NCBI GenBank assembly: GCA_002269645.1
Contig: NIVC01003089.1
Span: 1-64,000 of the forward strand
Reading direction: 5' to 3'
Length of the DNA: 64,000 nucleotides
Origin: Macrostomum lignano
Lineage: Eukaryota
The position numbers were made by a program, and so were the translations under genes. Shown in pieces: positions 46,647-62,830 of the stretch. Each line of letters begins with the position of its first letter. Position 1 is the stretch's first letter. The notes below the pieces were generated by a model. It searched no databases, was not told where the DNA came from, and saw only the letters and a program-made list of their open reading frames with translations.

Positions 46647-48469
46647 TGCTGGCTGTTTCTGATAATATTAGCTTGCAGTTTCCTTACCTGCCTTTTTAAT
46701 TAGACTGAGTCCAGGTGAATTATATATAGCCAAGTTTCTATGCTGGGGTGTTTGAATAGCCCACGCTGGACAAGAAGAGGCTGAAGTGTGTCCGAAGTGA
46801 CAAACCTCTCTTTGTCTCGGCTTCTCTCTCTCTCTCTTAAGACAAGCAAAGTCTCGAAGAATCGCTCTTAAAGCACGACTCAAATATGCATGTATTAGTA
46901 CTAACAATGATGGGTAGCTCTGGGCCCTGCAGTACGCTCTGGTTGAAATTGATAGCTAGCTCACTGTACTGCTGTGTCTCTTCTCTCTTTTTTAGAAAAT
47001 AAATGAGTGGCACAACTTAGGCAATTAGTCAGTTGATGAGGTGCAGCAGTTTAGAGAGCTTGGGAGTAAGGTAAGGTTAGACTGGTTTTTGCCAGCCTAC
47101 GAGCTGCAAGGACCACCAAAAGCTGACTTGGGGTACCGACGTGCAGTCGGCTTGGGTAAAGTACTGGCTTGCACTGCCTTCTCCTCTCTCACCGCACTGC
47201 TCTCCCCTCTATCCTTCTTCAGCTGGCCATGAAAACACACGGTCCAATCCCCTAATCCCCTGGCTGGTTTTGTCTTCTCTCATTCTTTTAACTCTTGTTG
47301 GTCTCTCAAGCCAGCAACTCTCTCATTGGCTGTGCGCTTAGTGCATCGAATTGCTTATACGAACGTAGCTAGCAAAGGCCATGTAAGATTCTTCTATGAA
47401 AAATAAAAGAAATCATTTCTAACCTGTGTGGCGTAGCCAACAAGGGTCAAACGGTTGGGGAGACAGCAAAGAAAGGAATAAAAATGTTGAATAAAATACA
47501 TGTAGCTTTTGACCTGGTACACTCAATATTGTGATTTTATTCCGGTTAAGCTGTTTTTTCTGAAATCAATCACATTGATAGATACCTAGAGACAGACATC
47601 CATTTTTTAGTATAGTGGACTAGCAATCTGCCCCCCCCCCGTTAGGGACAGCAAAGAAAGGAATTTTTTTTAAATAAAATACATGTAGCTTTTGACCTTG
47701 TGCTTTCTCTATTGTGATTCTGTTAAGGAAAACGATGTTTAAAACAAAAATCATCAACCCAGAAAGCCACTTAGCTATCTAGTCTAAGGTATCTTATGAG
47801 CATTGGCTCAAAGCATTTGAGTAAGCCCAATGAGCCACAGAATTTCAGCAATTCCCCATGAGCCACAGCAGTAGGTAGAAACACAATATAATAGCTAAAA
47901 CTCCCCCGTAAAGCTAAATCAGCGCTAAAATCTCCAATTTGGCGCTAAATTAGCGCTATAATATTTTGTTCTCTGACAAAAAGGACTTTCAGGCGCCAGA
48001 TCATGTTACAGTCGGCTGTCATGGCCTTTTCCTTCTCCCCCAGATGCAAATTTTGGCTACGGCAATATATAAAATAATAAACATCTTCGACAACCCGATG
48101 AAGAGGGCCAGGGACAGGGTTGGAAATTCTGGCCCGACCTAGATTCAGGTCCGTTGAACTGTGAAACATGACATTTTCCCTTATTTCAGAAACTGCGTTC
48201 CCAGCTAGGCGCATTGCATTCTGTATAGAATCTGCAATGCAGAAATTTTTGGAAAAGTATTTGCATACGGCTGGATACACCACTCAGGCTGTGCATCCTT
48301 TAGGCTTGAACAATTCGACTCTAAAATTTTTAACTGCAGAAGAAATATGAAAATATTATTGGCTAGAATCTTCCCGAGTACTTTTCCAAGGATTACTATG
48401 ATCTCGGCCTACTGGCAAAAGAAGTCTTGAGTTAGAAATCTGGATTGGAAGCAGAGATGAGTGGAAATT

Positions 48470-49450
48470 AACACATTCACCGATTTTATCACACATTCAC
48501 CGGTTTTATCACTCATTCACCGATTTTATCACTCTGTCACTGAATATATCATACATCCACCGATTTTATCACTCTGTCACTGAATATTCATACATCCACC
48601 GATTTTATCACTCTGTCACTGAATATATCACACATCCACCGATTTTATCACTCTGTCACTGAATTTATCACACATTCACCGATTTTATCGCCCTGTAACT
48701 GAATATATCACACATCCACCGATTTTATCACTCTGTCACTGAATTTATCACACATTCACCGATTTTATCGCCCTGTAACTGAATAAATCACACATCCACC
48801 GATTTTATCACACATTCACCGGTTTTATCACACATTCACCGATTTTATCACACTATCATCGAATATATGATACATCCACCGATTTTATCCCTCTGTCACT
48901 GAATATATCACACATTCACCGATTTTATCGCCCTGTAACTGAATAAATCACACATCCACCGATTTTATCACACATTCACCGGTTTTATCACACATTCACC
49001 GATTTTATCACACTATCATCGAATATATCATACATCCACCGATTTTATCCCTCTGTCACTGAATATATCACACATTCACCGATTTTATCACTCTGTCACT
49101 GAATATATCCCACATCCACCGATTTTATCACTCTGTCACTGAATTTATCACTCATTCACCGATTTTATCACTCTGTCACTGAATATATCATACATCCACC
49201 GATTTTATCACTCTGTCACTGAATATATCACACGTTCACCGATTTTATCACATTGTCATTCAATGTATCACACATTCACCGATTTTATCACATTGTCATT
49301 CAATGTATCACACGTTCACCGATTTTATCACATTGTCATTCAATGTATCACACGTTCACCGATTTTATCACATTGTCATTCAATGTATCACACGTTCACC
49401 GATTTTATCACATTGTCATTCAATGTATCACACGTTCACTGATTTTATCA
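48470..49450. repeat. 40-bp (2x20) minisatellite, core CACCGATTTTATCAC
   Basis: Visible units. Confidence 0.93.
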
Positions 49451-49929
49451 GAATTTTTACAAAATTTATGTTTAATGTTGTCTAGGTTCTCTGTTTGATC
49501 CTCCATGGCCCGTGGCCTCTTTAATTAAACAGCAGAATACGTACATGCATTCACTCGCCATTCTCACCCAAACCCCAATTCCTGTTCTGTCCAAAGCAAC
49601 GAAAAAAAAATTTAGTTCAAACACAGAGAAACAGAATTATAGTCTGGATGAGCAGATCGGCCAAGAAAAAAATTCATTTTAGCGAGTGCTCCACTCTTTA
49701 CGAGTATGTGCTCAAATATAAAGGCTCTCTTAACTAATCTTCTCTTCTAATCCACTTTTCCCGGTAGCTTCTGTAGCACGCGCGTAAAGTGCATTCACAC
49801 ATTTTAGACAGACTGCGTTTCTGCTTTACTCATTGCATTTTTTATTTAAACTGACTGTCTGCAATGCTGAGTAGCACTGTGCGTTTAATATCTCTTAATA
49901 GGATTCAAGGCACAGGAGAAGAATACCCA

Positions 49930-50360
49930 ATTTTATCACCCTGTCACAGATTTTATCACCCTGTCACCGATTTTATCACCCTGTCACTGATTTTATCACC
50001 CTGTCACCGATTTTATCACCCTGTCACTGATTTTATCACCCTGTCACCGATTTTATTACCCTGTCACAGATTTTATCACACTGTCACCGATTTTATCACA
50101 CTGTCACTGATTTTATCACCCTGTCACTGATTTTATCACCCTGTCACCGATTTTTTCACACTGTCACTGATTTTATCACCCTGTCACCGATTTTATCACA
50201 CTGTCACTGATTTTATCACCCTGTCACCGATTTTATCACACTGTCACTGATTTTATCACCCTGTCACCGATTTTATCACACTGTCACCGATTTTATCCCA
50301 CATTCACCGATTTTATCACACTGTCACCGATTTTATTACCCCGTCATTGATTTTATCACA
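49930..50360. repeat. 20-bp minisatellite (CCCTGTCACCGATTTTATCA)
   Basis: Visible units; same core as the 48470 array. Confidence 0.93.
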
Positions 50361-50837
50361 ATATAATCTACATTGTAGATTTTCTCCTCTCTTGCTCTTC
50401 TGGCCAAAGTACAATATTTTACACAATATTATAGAAGTGCAATTCAATAATTTGAAATATTTTTACTCTCTACCAATGTGAAGAATATTTTTTACAAAAT
50501 ATGAGCAACTACATGTAGCTACAAGTACTATTGTGTGTGCTAATACCAGAGCAGTTTGGCTGTCTATTCTCCTCTATACATGTGCCGATTTAGCGAGAAT
50601 GTAGACATGTAGATATATTTCAATTCTCTGTATTACACTGGCTTGACAGTGATGGATGGCTATAGTGAATCAGTCGGTACGCATATGCATCCATCTGCCT
50701 TCTCTGATGCCCTCCAAACCCAGTACAAACCCGGTGAGTTATGTCCAGGCTAATGAAGGCTAATTCATTAATACTCGTACAGCTTATGTATCAATGCCTT
50801 CACAAGTTCTAATGATTTTTATTTACTCACGTTGCTC

Positions 50838-51390
50838 ATTTTGGCGCCTCTAAGAGCCATTTTGGCGCCTCTGATGCTCATTTTGGCGCCTCTGATGTTC
50901 ATTTTGGCGCCTCTGATGTTCAGTTTGGGGCGTCTGATGTTCAGTTTGGCGCCTCTGATGTTCATTTTGGCGCCTCTGATGTTCATTTTGGCGCCTCTGA
51001 TGTTCAGTTTGGCGCGTCTGATGTTCAGTTTGGCGCCTCTGTTGTTCAGTTTGGCGCCTCTGATGTTCATTTTGGCGCCTCTGATGTTCAGTTTGGCGCG
51101 TCTGATGTTCAGTTTGGCGCCTCTGGTGTTCATTTTGGCGCCTCTGATGTTCAGTTTGGCGCCTCTGGTGTTCAGTTTGGCGCCTCTGATGTTCAGTTTG
51201 GCGCCTCTGATGTTCATTTTGGCGCCTGCCTCTGATGTTCAGTTTGGCGCCTCTGATGTTCAGTTTGGCGCCTCTGATGTTCAGTTTGGCGCCTCTGGTG
51301 TTCATTTTGGCGCCTCTGATGTTCAGTTTTTCGCCTCTGATGTTCATTTTGGCGCCTCTGGAGTTCATTTTGGCGCCTCTGGTGTTCATC
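50838..51390. repeat. 21-bp minisatellite (TTTGGCGCCTCTGATGTTCAG)
   Basis: Visible units. Confidence 0.95.
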
Positions 51391-51771
51391 GCCTCTCTTT
51401 GCTTTTGGATTTTAGCCGTCCATCGTTACATGCTTCCAGTCCAGGCATCTAAGTGTAGAGAAGTCCGTGGTTCACATTGGCTACAATTCTCTGCACGCAT
51501 GTAGCTATGTGAGGAGACAGGAACAAGAAAAAGAATAACTGTGAGCTCAAATTTCTGGAGATAAGATTCCTGTGTCTTCAGCGTGTGCAAGTAAGATACT
51601 TAGGAATTAATCTGCAATTGTTTTGAAGCAAAATGAGCATTGGGGTGAGCAACAACATGTAGGCCTTTACACTTTCCTTTATGAAGCGTCTATTTTCGAT
51701 ATTTCACAAGAAATAGTAAATTAAAATCGATATTTATGCTTATGAAAATCAAAGGCAAAACAGTCACAGAT

Positions 51772-52335
51772 AAATGGAGAGTAGATGTTTGAGAATGGAG
51801 AGTAGATGTTATAGATTAGAGAGTAGATGTTATAGATTGGAGAGTAGATGTTATAGATTGGATAGTAGATGTTATAGATTGGAGAGTAGATGTTATAGAT
51901 TGGATAGTAGATGTTATAGATTGGATAGTAGATGTTATAGATTGGAGAGTAGATGTTATAGATTGGATAGTAGATGTTATAGATTGGAGAGTAGATGTTA
52001 TAGATTAGATAGTAGATGTTATAGATTGGATAGTAGATGTTATAGATTGGAGAGTAGATGTTATAGATTGGATATTAGATGTTATAGATTAGAGAGTAGA
52101 TGTTATAGATTGGAGAGTAGATGTTATAGATTGGAGAGTAGATGTTATCGATTGGATAGTAGATGTTATAGATTGGATATTAGATGTTATAGATTGGAGA
52201 GTAGATGTTATAGATTGGAGAGTAGATGTTATAGATTAGAGAGTAGATGTTATAGATTGGATAGTAGATGTTATCGATTGGATAGTAGATGTTATAGATT
52301 GGATAGTAGATGCTATAGATTGGATAGTAGATATT
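51772..52335. repeat. 21-bp minisatellite (TAGATTGGAGAGTAGATGTTA)
   Basis: Visible units. Confidence 0.95.
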
Positions 52336-52819
52336 TGAAAAATGAAGAGCAACAAAAATAGTTAAAGTATTGTTCCTTTACAGAAAAACGCATTTTTCTA
52401 CCATAAGTAGCACAGTAAGGACATGATGGCAACTTTTTGCAGGAATAGTTTTCGTCGATATAAGAATTTTATTGCCCGTGGAGAGCAACGAGCGAAAGAT
52501 GACAAAAAACCTGAAGCGAAGTAAAATTTCGGTAAAAGAATTCATGTCCTGCCTTGCACTAATGAGGAACTGACTGAAGGCATTTCTGTTCTTGCACCAA
52601 GCTAAAGTCTCACCTCTGCTGTCCTTGCTGGCTGCATTTGGGTTCGGGGAATTAATTAGGAGCAAAAATTATCTCGAAGCAGCTCGACAGATTGAAAATA
52701 TTAACTGCCGTACGGCTTTGAACTATCTCAATTATTGCTATTAATGATGATAGAACAGCTGAGTAGGGCTTGAAGGTCATAAAAGAGAATAAAACGTTAA
52801 ATTAGAAAATGCGAAAGAG

Positions 52820-53100
52820 AAAGATAGACATTTAAAGATAGAGACAAAGATAGAGATAGAGATAAAATAGAGATTTGGATAGAGATAGAAATAGGGATGG
52901 AGATACAGATCCAGAAAAATGTTCCTGATAAAGATGGGAATAGATATATGGACAGAGATATGGATAGAGATAAAATAGAGATATTAACAGAGACAGAGAC
53001 GGAAATATGGATTAGGGATGGAGATAGAGATAGAGATAGGGATAGAGATAGAGATAGGGATAGGGATAGAGATAGAGATAGAGATAGGGATAGAGACAGC
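52820..53100. repeat. (GATAGA)n / GA-rich low-complexity tract
   Basis: Visible. Confidence 0.85.
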
Positions 53101-53761
53101 AAGGAAAAAAGCGAAAATCCAAGAAGGGGATCAATCTTGGATTTCAAACAGAAGAGTACAAAAGCCAATTTCCATTCCCTAACAACCGCCCAGCAGAATC
53201 CAAATTTCAATATTTTCCAGGCCCGCAATTCAACTAATGAGAATTCAAATATTATAAAAGGTTCAGTTCTGTAAAAAAAGAGGGTAAGAAATCTGAACAA
53301 TGGGCTTCCTTTTTTGGTAGTCGCTTTACCAAAGCAGCACAGCGGGCGGCCCAAAGAGTATTGGCGGATGCTTGAAGACAACTCGCCCCGCGCCCCCAGG
53401 CCTCAAAGCCGAAGCCGCTTCGTTGATAAGCGAAATGATTGAAGCTCCGGAATGGCCTTTTTGAGGCTGGTCTGGGGGAGCCGGCACGATTCTCCCCATC
53501 CGCTCCAGCTCGGACATCAGGGAGAGCAATCAACTGGTGCGGTCCCCCTTCACCCAGTAAGAAGGCCTGATCCCCGCTCCCATTGTTCGGTTTGTCAATA
53601 GGGGGACTTCCTTTCTGCCCCCAGGCCAATTCTCCCAAGTCTCCGGGTTGTCTGCCTGTCCGTCTTTGTCCTCTCAGTGACTTCTCTTTCCTTGCGCTTG
53701 GGTTTGATGACTGCCTGACTTAATGGCTTTTGCTCTGCTCATATAGCTATCTCACAATCTA

Positions 53762-54070
<309 letters not shown>

Positions 54071-54544
54071 CTGCTACTCCTTTAACCTTGAAGCGTGCAG
54101 CCCAGCGCAGACAGTCTGCCCAAAATTAGCTACACTTTGCAGCCATTCTTTATTCACTTTACCATAATGTGTCGATTAATTGAAGCCAGCATGAGGGTCC
54201 CAGACAGACCTGCAGCAGTTTTTCCTTTCCAGGCAGCCCCCCCGCGCTGCCCCAGTTATCCGACTGCGTGGCAGGTAGGCAGTCACGCAATTCGAGGATT
54301 TATCAACGCTCGAATGTTCGCGCCGGTTGGGGTGGGTGAGCAAACTCGTCACCGGACACTTTGAATAGCTGAGGCGGACTGGAGCGGTCGCTTATTGTTA
54401 ATTAAGACTTATTAACGAACTGCAAACTGCCTCATTCAAACTGAGTCTTGCGTGCTGTCAGGGCTTCTTCCGTGTTTTTCTAAAGAGTCAGCATAAATTA
54501 AATACCCCCAGCTCTTGGCATCTTTATTTGGGCGTCACCTGGCT

Positions 54545-54885
54545 GTTAGATTGTAAAGTCACCTGTTAGAGAGTAAAGTCACCTGTTAGACAGTAAAGTC
54601 ACCTGTTAGACAGTAAAGTCACCTGTTAGACAGTAAAGTCACCTGTTAGACAGTAAAGTCACCTGTTAGACAGTAAAGTCACCTGTTAGACAGTAAAGTC
54701 ACCTGTTAGACAGTAAAGTCACCTGTTAGACAGTAAAGTCACCTGTTAGACAGTAAAGTCACATGTTAGACAGTAAAGTCACCTGTTAGACAGTAAAGTC
54801 AACTGTTAGACAGTTAAGTCACCTGTTAGACAGTAAAGTCACCTGTTAGACAGTAAAGTCACCTGTTAGACAGTAAAGCCACCTG
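54545..54885. repeat. 20-bp minisatellite (ACCTGTTAGACAGTAAAGTC)
   Basis: Visible units. Confidence 0.95.
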
Positions 54886-55329
54886 TTACGCAAATAGGGA
54901 AACCATATTTACCGGGGTAACTGGCCTCAAACGGAAAACTCATAAGCAGAAAGCTATTTGCAATTGCATCTCTCAACCTGCCTCTTAAATCACCAGCGTC
55001 AATCTTAAACCACTTGTTGAAGAGTTCCAAACTTGTCCAACTTCTGTGCGGCAGAAGCGGCGGCACACTTGACTCCCACACTGCAAAGCCCTGAAGTTCC
55101 CACAACTTTCGCTAATGAAACCGAGATTTCGGACCAGCATCAATAGAAGTCCCGGCTGGCTCTGTCGGGAATCTGGGCTTCTCTGCTTCTGAGGATCTTC
55201 TGTTTCCCTTTGTGAAGTGCCTCCTCACACAACAAAGGCTCAATAAAACTTTGCCGACTCTGACCCACGGAACTATCTTAGCTGTGGTAAATGTCTGCAT
55301 TCAGAACTGACAAAGGTGAAGTAGCTGAT

Positions 55330-55775
<446 letters not shown>

Positions 55776-56111
55776 AGTACATGCATAGAAACCGCACCTC
55801 AGCTCCAAGCCATCTCGAACTGAGCAAATTGATTTTGTCTTTAGTTACTAATGGATTCAGCCCGCGTGTATGCATGCAGTTTTAGTTAAATTCCAACTTC
55901 CAATCAACACAGCAAAGCTTTCAAAAGATGAAATTTCAGCCCTATTAAAAATACTTATGCTGCCTATTTTTGAGTTGATGAAGAATTGAATTCCAATCCC
56001 CAAGCAATGCATGGGATGTTGAGCATCATTGGGAACTTGATAGCGCATGGGCCCACAGAATCGCACAGGACTTTCATGTCAATACAAAAGCAAATTTCGG
56101 ACTTAAAATGC

Positions 56112-56145
<34 letters not shown>

Positions 56146-56529
56146 ATTGCAGAAGCTCAATAAAACTGAACTTGCTCAAGGTCAATCACTGAGATCTCGA
56201 CTGTTTTTTTGATGAAGTATTAAAATTATAGAAAAAAAACTGCAAGAATTCAGAGAGGTCGGTCACACCAATTTACTGATTGGGGTTGAAAAAGGGCAGA
56301 GACATGCTTCGACACCTAAGGAGGGTAGGAGTTGTAATTGATTGACACGTGTGAATTGAAAGGCCATGAAGTAGTCAAGAGTTCAGTTGAGAGGCCTGGG
56401 GTCATGAGAGCGTGATTGGAGGTTGAATGAGGGACGGATAGCCTCTCAGCTGCTCAGGGAGTCAGCTGGGGTAATCAAACTAGTGCAATTTGACAAGAAA
56501 ATGCAGGATTAACAGTGATGCATTGTCGT

Positions 56530-57350
56530 TGCTGGATTAACGATGCTGGATTAACGATGCTGGATTAACGATGCTGGATTAACGTTGCTGGAATAACGAT
56601 GCTGGATTAACGATGCTGGATTAACGATGCTGGATTAACGTTGCTGGATTAACGTTGCTGGATTAACGATGTCAGATTAACGATTTAGATTGACGTTGTC
56701 AGATTAACGGTGTTGGTTTAACGATGATGGATTAACGATGTCAGACTAACGATGCTAAATTAACGATGCTGGATTAACGATGCTGGATTAACGATGCTGG
56801 ATTAACGATGCTGGATTAACGATGCTGGATTAACGATGCTGGATTAACGATGCTGGATTAACGATGCTGGATTAACGATGCTGGATTAACGATGCTGGAT
56901 TAACGATGCTGGATTAACAATGCTAGATTAACGATGCTAGATTAACGTTCCTGGATTAACGATGCTAGATTAACGATGCTGGATTAACGATGCTGGATTA
57001 ACGATGCTGGAATAACAATGCCGGATTAACGATGCTGGATTAACTATGCTGGATTAACGATGCTGGATTAACGATGCTGGAATAACAATGCCGGATTAAC
57101 GATGTTGGATTAGCGATGCTAGATTAATGATGCTGGATTAACAATGCTAGATTAACGATGCTAGATTAACGTTGCTGGATTAACGATGCTGGATTAACGA
57201 TGCTGGATTAACGATGCTGGATTAATGATGCTGGATTAACGATGCTGGATTAACGATGCTAGATTAACGATGCTGGATTAACGATGCTGGATTAACGATG
57301 CTGGATTAACTATGCTGGATTAACGATGCTGGATTAGCGATGCTGGATTG
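56530..57350. repeat. 14-bp minisatellite (GCTGGATTAACGAT), copy A
   Basis: Visible units. Confidence 0.95.
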
Positions 57351-57904
57351 CAGTAAGCAGATCTATAATAATCAAAACGAATAAGTAAACTAAAAACAGC
57401 TGTGTATTTACAGGGTATAATACAGGGGCCGATTCGGCGTATAATTTATAAGAATGTACTATTAATAACATTGTTACAAAACTTGGAGAAATATTACAGA
57501 GTATTAAAAAGTTTATTTTGGCAAAAAACCTGTTTCATAGTTTTTAATACAAATAAACGAATTAACAAGATCGCAGTGAATTATTTGTAATAAACTGTAC
57601 AGTATATCTGTTGGTTGGTTATCGATTTAATCTCAAAGTCTCATATAGTCTCATAGGCCAGTAAGACATTTTTAATCAATCTGGAAAACAGGCTTTAGCA
57701 ATAGCAGCATGCGCTGGACAACAAATGAAAAGGTCTACTTGACATTCGCCAAGGATAGTTTGACTTGGATTAACAAGATTATATTCTATTGAAAATTTCC
57801 AACACTAGGAATGTTGCAATCTATCCTTGTGGTCGTTATTACGAGCTAATCATACTTTTTCAGAGTTGCTTCTAAGTGAAACAAACGGTCTTAGGTCGCA
57901 TGTT

Positions 57905-58230
57905 TACCATAGAAACCAAAATAGAGCCTTAGATTTCCCATAGAAACCACAATTTATCCTTAGATTCCCCATAGGAACCACAACAGAGCCTTTAATTCCC
58001 CATAGCAACCACAATAGAGCCTTAAATTCCCCATAGCAACCAAAACAGAGCTTTCAATTCACCATAGCAACCACAACAGAGCCTTCAATTCTCCATAGCA
58101 ACCAAAATAGACCCTTAGATTCCCAATAGCAACCAAAATAGACACTTAGATTTCCCATAGCAACCACAATAGAGCCTTCAATTTCACCATAGCAACCACA
58201 ATACTGCCTCAATTTCGCATAGCAACCAAA
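57905..58230. repeat. 31-bp minisatellite with CCATAGCAAC core, copy A
   Basis: Period of 31. Confidence 0.9.
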
Positions 58231-58324
58231 TGAACGCCCTAAATTCACTAAAGAAATCGGACTTATAAAACAGTTCATTAACCAAGCACGCAGAGTTAAT
58301 ATATCTGTACATTTTATTCTCAAT

Positions 58325-58635
58325 TCAAACGAAAGAAGATGTAACCAAATTGAAGGACTTCGAACTTGGCTGTTTCTGCTGACCCTGCCTCTTAGCGGTG
58401 CGACCAATCCGATCCACAGCGCAAGGACTGCTAGTGAGAGACTGCGCCTGTTGTTGTTGCTGCTGCTGCTGCAGAAGTTGGTAGCCGTGAATCTGCTGCA
58501 ACTGCTCCGAGGACGTCTGATAGAGTCCGCTTGGACTGAGGTCCGGGTTCACTCGCTGTTGGGTCTGTTGGTGTCTCAGAGCCGATGTCAAATAGCTCTT
58601 CTCATAGTTCTCATCCGAGTTAGGAATTCGGTAAT
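58325..58635 (-). CDS. Probable terminal exon of an unidentified gene, Gln-rich (YRIPNSDENYEKSYL...polyQ...SSFV-stop), copy A
   Basis: Pyrimidine-rich CAG acceptor, phase 1; 102 open codons; GC-richer than its flanks. Confidence 0.55.
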
Positions 58636-58694
58636 CTGCGGAGGTTTTGAAAAATAAAGGAATCGAATCATTGAGATGATTTGCATTTATATTG

Positions 58695-59190
58695 TGTTTA
58701 TTGGAACATCATTTTTTGTGCTTATTTGAACGCAAATTTGTGTTTAATAGAACAACTAATTTTTGTGTTTATTTGAACGCAAATTTGTGTTTATCGGAAC
58801 AACCAATTTCGTGTTTATTTGAACGCAAATTTGTGTTTATCGGAACGACCAAATTCTGTGTTTATTTGAACGCAAATTTGTGTTTATCGGAAAAACCAAA
58901 TTCTGTGTTTATTTGAACGCAACTTTTGTTTATCGGAACAACAAAATTCTGTGTTTATTTGAACGCAAATTTGTGTTTATCGGAACAACTAAATTCTGTG
59001 TTTATTTGAACGCAAATTTGTGTTTATCGGAACAACTAAATTCTGTGTTTATTTGAACGCAAATTTGTGTTTATCGGAACAACTAAATTCTGTGTTTATT
59101 TGAACGCAAATTTGTGTTTATCGGAACACCAATTTTTGTGTTTACTTGAAAGAAAATTAGTGTTTGTTGGAACAATAAATTCGTGTTTGT
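58695..59190. repeat. Minisatellite of about 47 bp (GTGTTTATTTGAACGCAAATTTGTGTTTATCGGAAC...)
   Basis: Visible units made of two related halves. Confidence 0.9.
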
Positions 59191-59854
59191 TGATTTGTGT
59201 TTAAAAAATCAACGGTTTTTTTTATTTTTACTCTCGCTGAAAAGACTCACGGTTAGGGTAAAGTTTAAAGGTCAATTAAAGGTCAAAGGTCACTATCTAT
59301 CAATAAGGATATTACAGATACAGACGCCCCTACCCTGCATTTTTCAGGTGTACAGATGAACACCAAGTGCACTGCCAGATGACGGAATCTTTTTCGCCAA
59401 TGCAACAAGGAAAATAATGATGTCTCAAGGCAGGCATTAAAAATGGAAATCTGACACGAGAAACGCATCTAGTAGCAAACACACAACAAGACGTCAATGT
59501 GACGATGACTAGAATAAAGATTCGATCGGGGTCGAAAGCCACGGTATTGAGTATTTAGCCTTCACCTAAAAAGGTAGATCTGAGGAGGATTGACAGTCTC
59601 GATGGCCTCGGGGTGACAGTTCGAAAACAGGTTTCAGAATCTGATACACTTGCATCACCGCCCCCACCCCCTAGGATAAAATCTTAGCACTAGCCGAGAG
59701 CTCCAACCCCGTAGGATTTATGATATTCTTTTGTGCGAGACCACAGATTGAGTTTCATCGGTCGTTGTGATTCAGATAAGGAATCTGGATTACAGATGTG
59801 AGGTGGAATGACAAGGATGGGCAAGGAGAGGGACCGAGACAGATACAAGAGGAC

Positions 59855-61415
<1,561 letters not shown>

Positions 61416-62189
61416 TACAGTACATGCATAGAAACCGCACCTCAGCTCCAAGCCATCTCGAACTGAACAAATTGATTTTGTCTTCAGTTACTAATGGATT
61501 CAGCCCGCGTGTCTGTATGCAGTTTTAGTTAAATTCCAACTTCCAATCAACACAGCAAAGCTTTCAAAAGATGAAATTTCAGCCCTATTAAAAATACTTA
61601 TGCTGCCTATTTTTGAGTTGATGAAGAATTGAATTCCAATCCCCAAGCAATGCATGGGATGTTGAGCATCATTGGGAACTTGATAGCGGATGGGCCCACA
61701 GAATCGCACAGGACTTTCATGTCAATACAAAAGCAAATTTCGGACTTAAAATACCAGAGAGAAAGAGAGAGAGCGAGAGAGAGAGAGAGAAAGAGAGAGA
61801 GAATTGCAGAAGCTCAATTAAACTGAACTTGCTCAAGGTCAATCACTGAGATCTCGACTGTTTTTTGATGAAGTATTAAAATTATAGAAAAAAAAACTGC
61901 AAGAATTCAGAAAGGTCGGTCACACCAATTTACTGATTGGGGTTGAAAAAAGGGCAGAGACATGCTTCGACACCTAAGGAGGGTAGGAGTTGTAATTGAT
62001 TGACACGTGTGAATTGAAAGGCCATGAAGTAGTCGTCAAGAGTTCAGTTGAGAGGCCTGGGGTCATGAGAGCGTGATTGGAGGTTGAATGAGGGACGGAT
62101 AGCCTCTCAGCTGCTCAGGGAGTCAGCTGGGGTAATCAAACTAGTGCAATTTGACAAGAAAATGCAGGATTAACAGTGATGCATTGTCG

Positions 62190-62830
62190 TTGCTGGATTA
62201 ACGATGCTGGATTAACGATGCTGGATTAACGATGCTGGATTAACGTTGCTGGAATAACGATGCTGGATTAACGATGCTGGATTAACGATGCTTGATTAAC
62301 GATGCTTGATTAACGATGCTGGATTAACGATGCTGGATTACCGATGCTAAATTAATGATGCTGGATTAACGATGCTTGATTAACGATGCTGGATTACCGA
62401 TGCTAAATTAACGATGCTGGATTAACGATGTCAGATTAACGATGCTGGATTAACGACGCTGGATTAAAGTTGCTGGATTAACGATGCTTGATTAACGATG
62501 CTGGATTAACGATGCAGGATTAACGATGCTGGATTAACGATGCTGGATTAACGATGCTGGATTAACGATGCTGGATTAACGATGCTGGATTAACGATGCT
62601 TGATTAACGATGCAGGATTAACGATGTCAGATTAATGATGCTGGATTAACGATGCTGGATTAACGATGCTGGATTAACGATGCTGGATTAACGATGCTGG
62701 ATTAACGATGCAGGATTAACGATGCTGGATTAACGATGCTGGATTAACGATGCAGGATTAACGATGCTTGATTAACGATGCTTGATTAACGATGCTTGAT
62801 TAATGATGCTTGATTAATGATGCTGGATTG
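62190..62830. repeat. 14-bp minisatellite (GCTGGATTAACGAT), copy B
   Basis: Shorter than copy A, with different variant units. Confidence 0.95.

Noticed and set aside
47420-48350. Possible MITE or transposase fragment (60-bp direct repeat near 47460/47645; ORF 47945-48283)
   Set aside because: I could not identify terminal inverted repeats, a target-site duplication or a recognisable transposase motif.
50819-52361. Heptad ORFs (MNIRGAK, RCYRLES) resembling coiled-coil proteins
   Set aside because: 21-bp arrays translate as heptads in any stop-free frame; no splice signals or unique flanking coding sequence support them.
53250-53650. GC-rich island with a PKEYWRML segment reminiscent of non-LTR retrotransposons
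   Set aside because: Frames are short and interrupted, and there are no endonuclease or RT motifs; it needs a RepeatMasker or tBLASTx search.
59330-59790. Candidate upstream exons for the polyQ terminal exon
   Set aside because: The available donors and acceptors are either phase-incompatible or hit stops.
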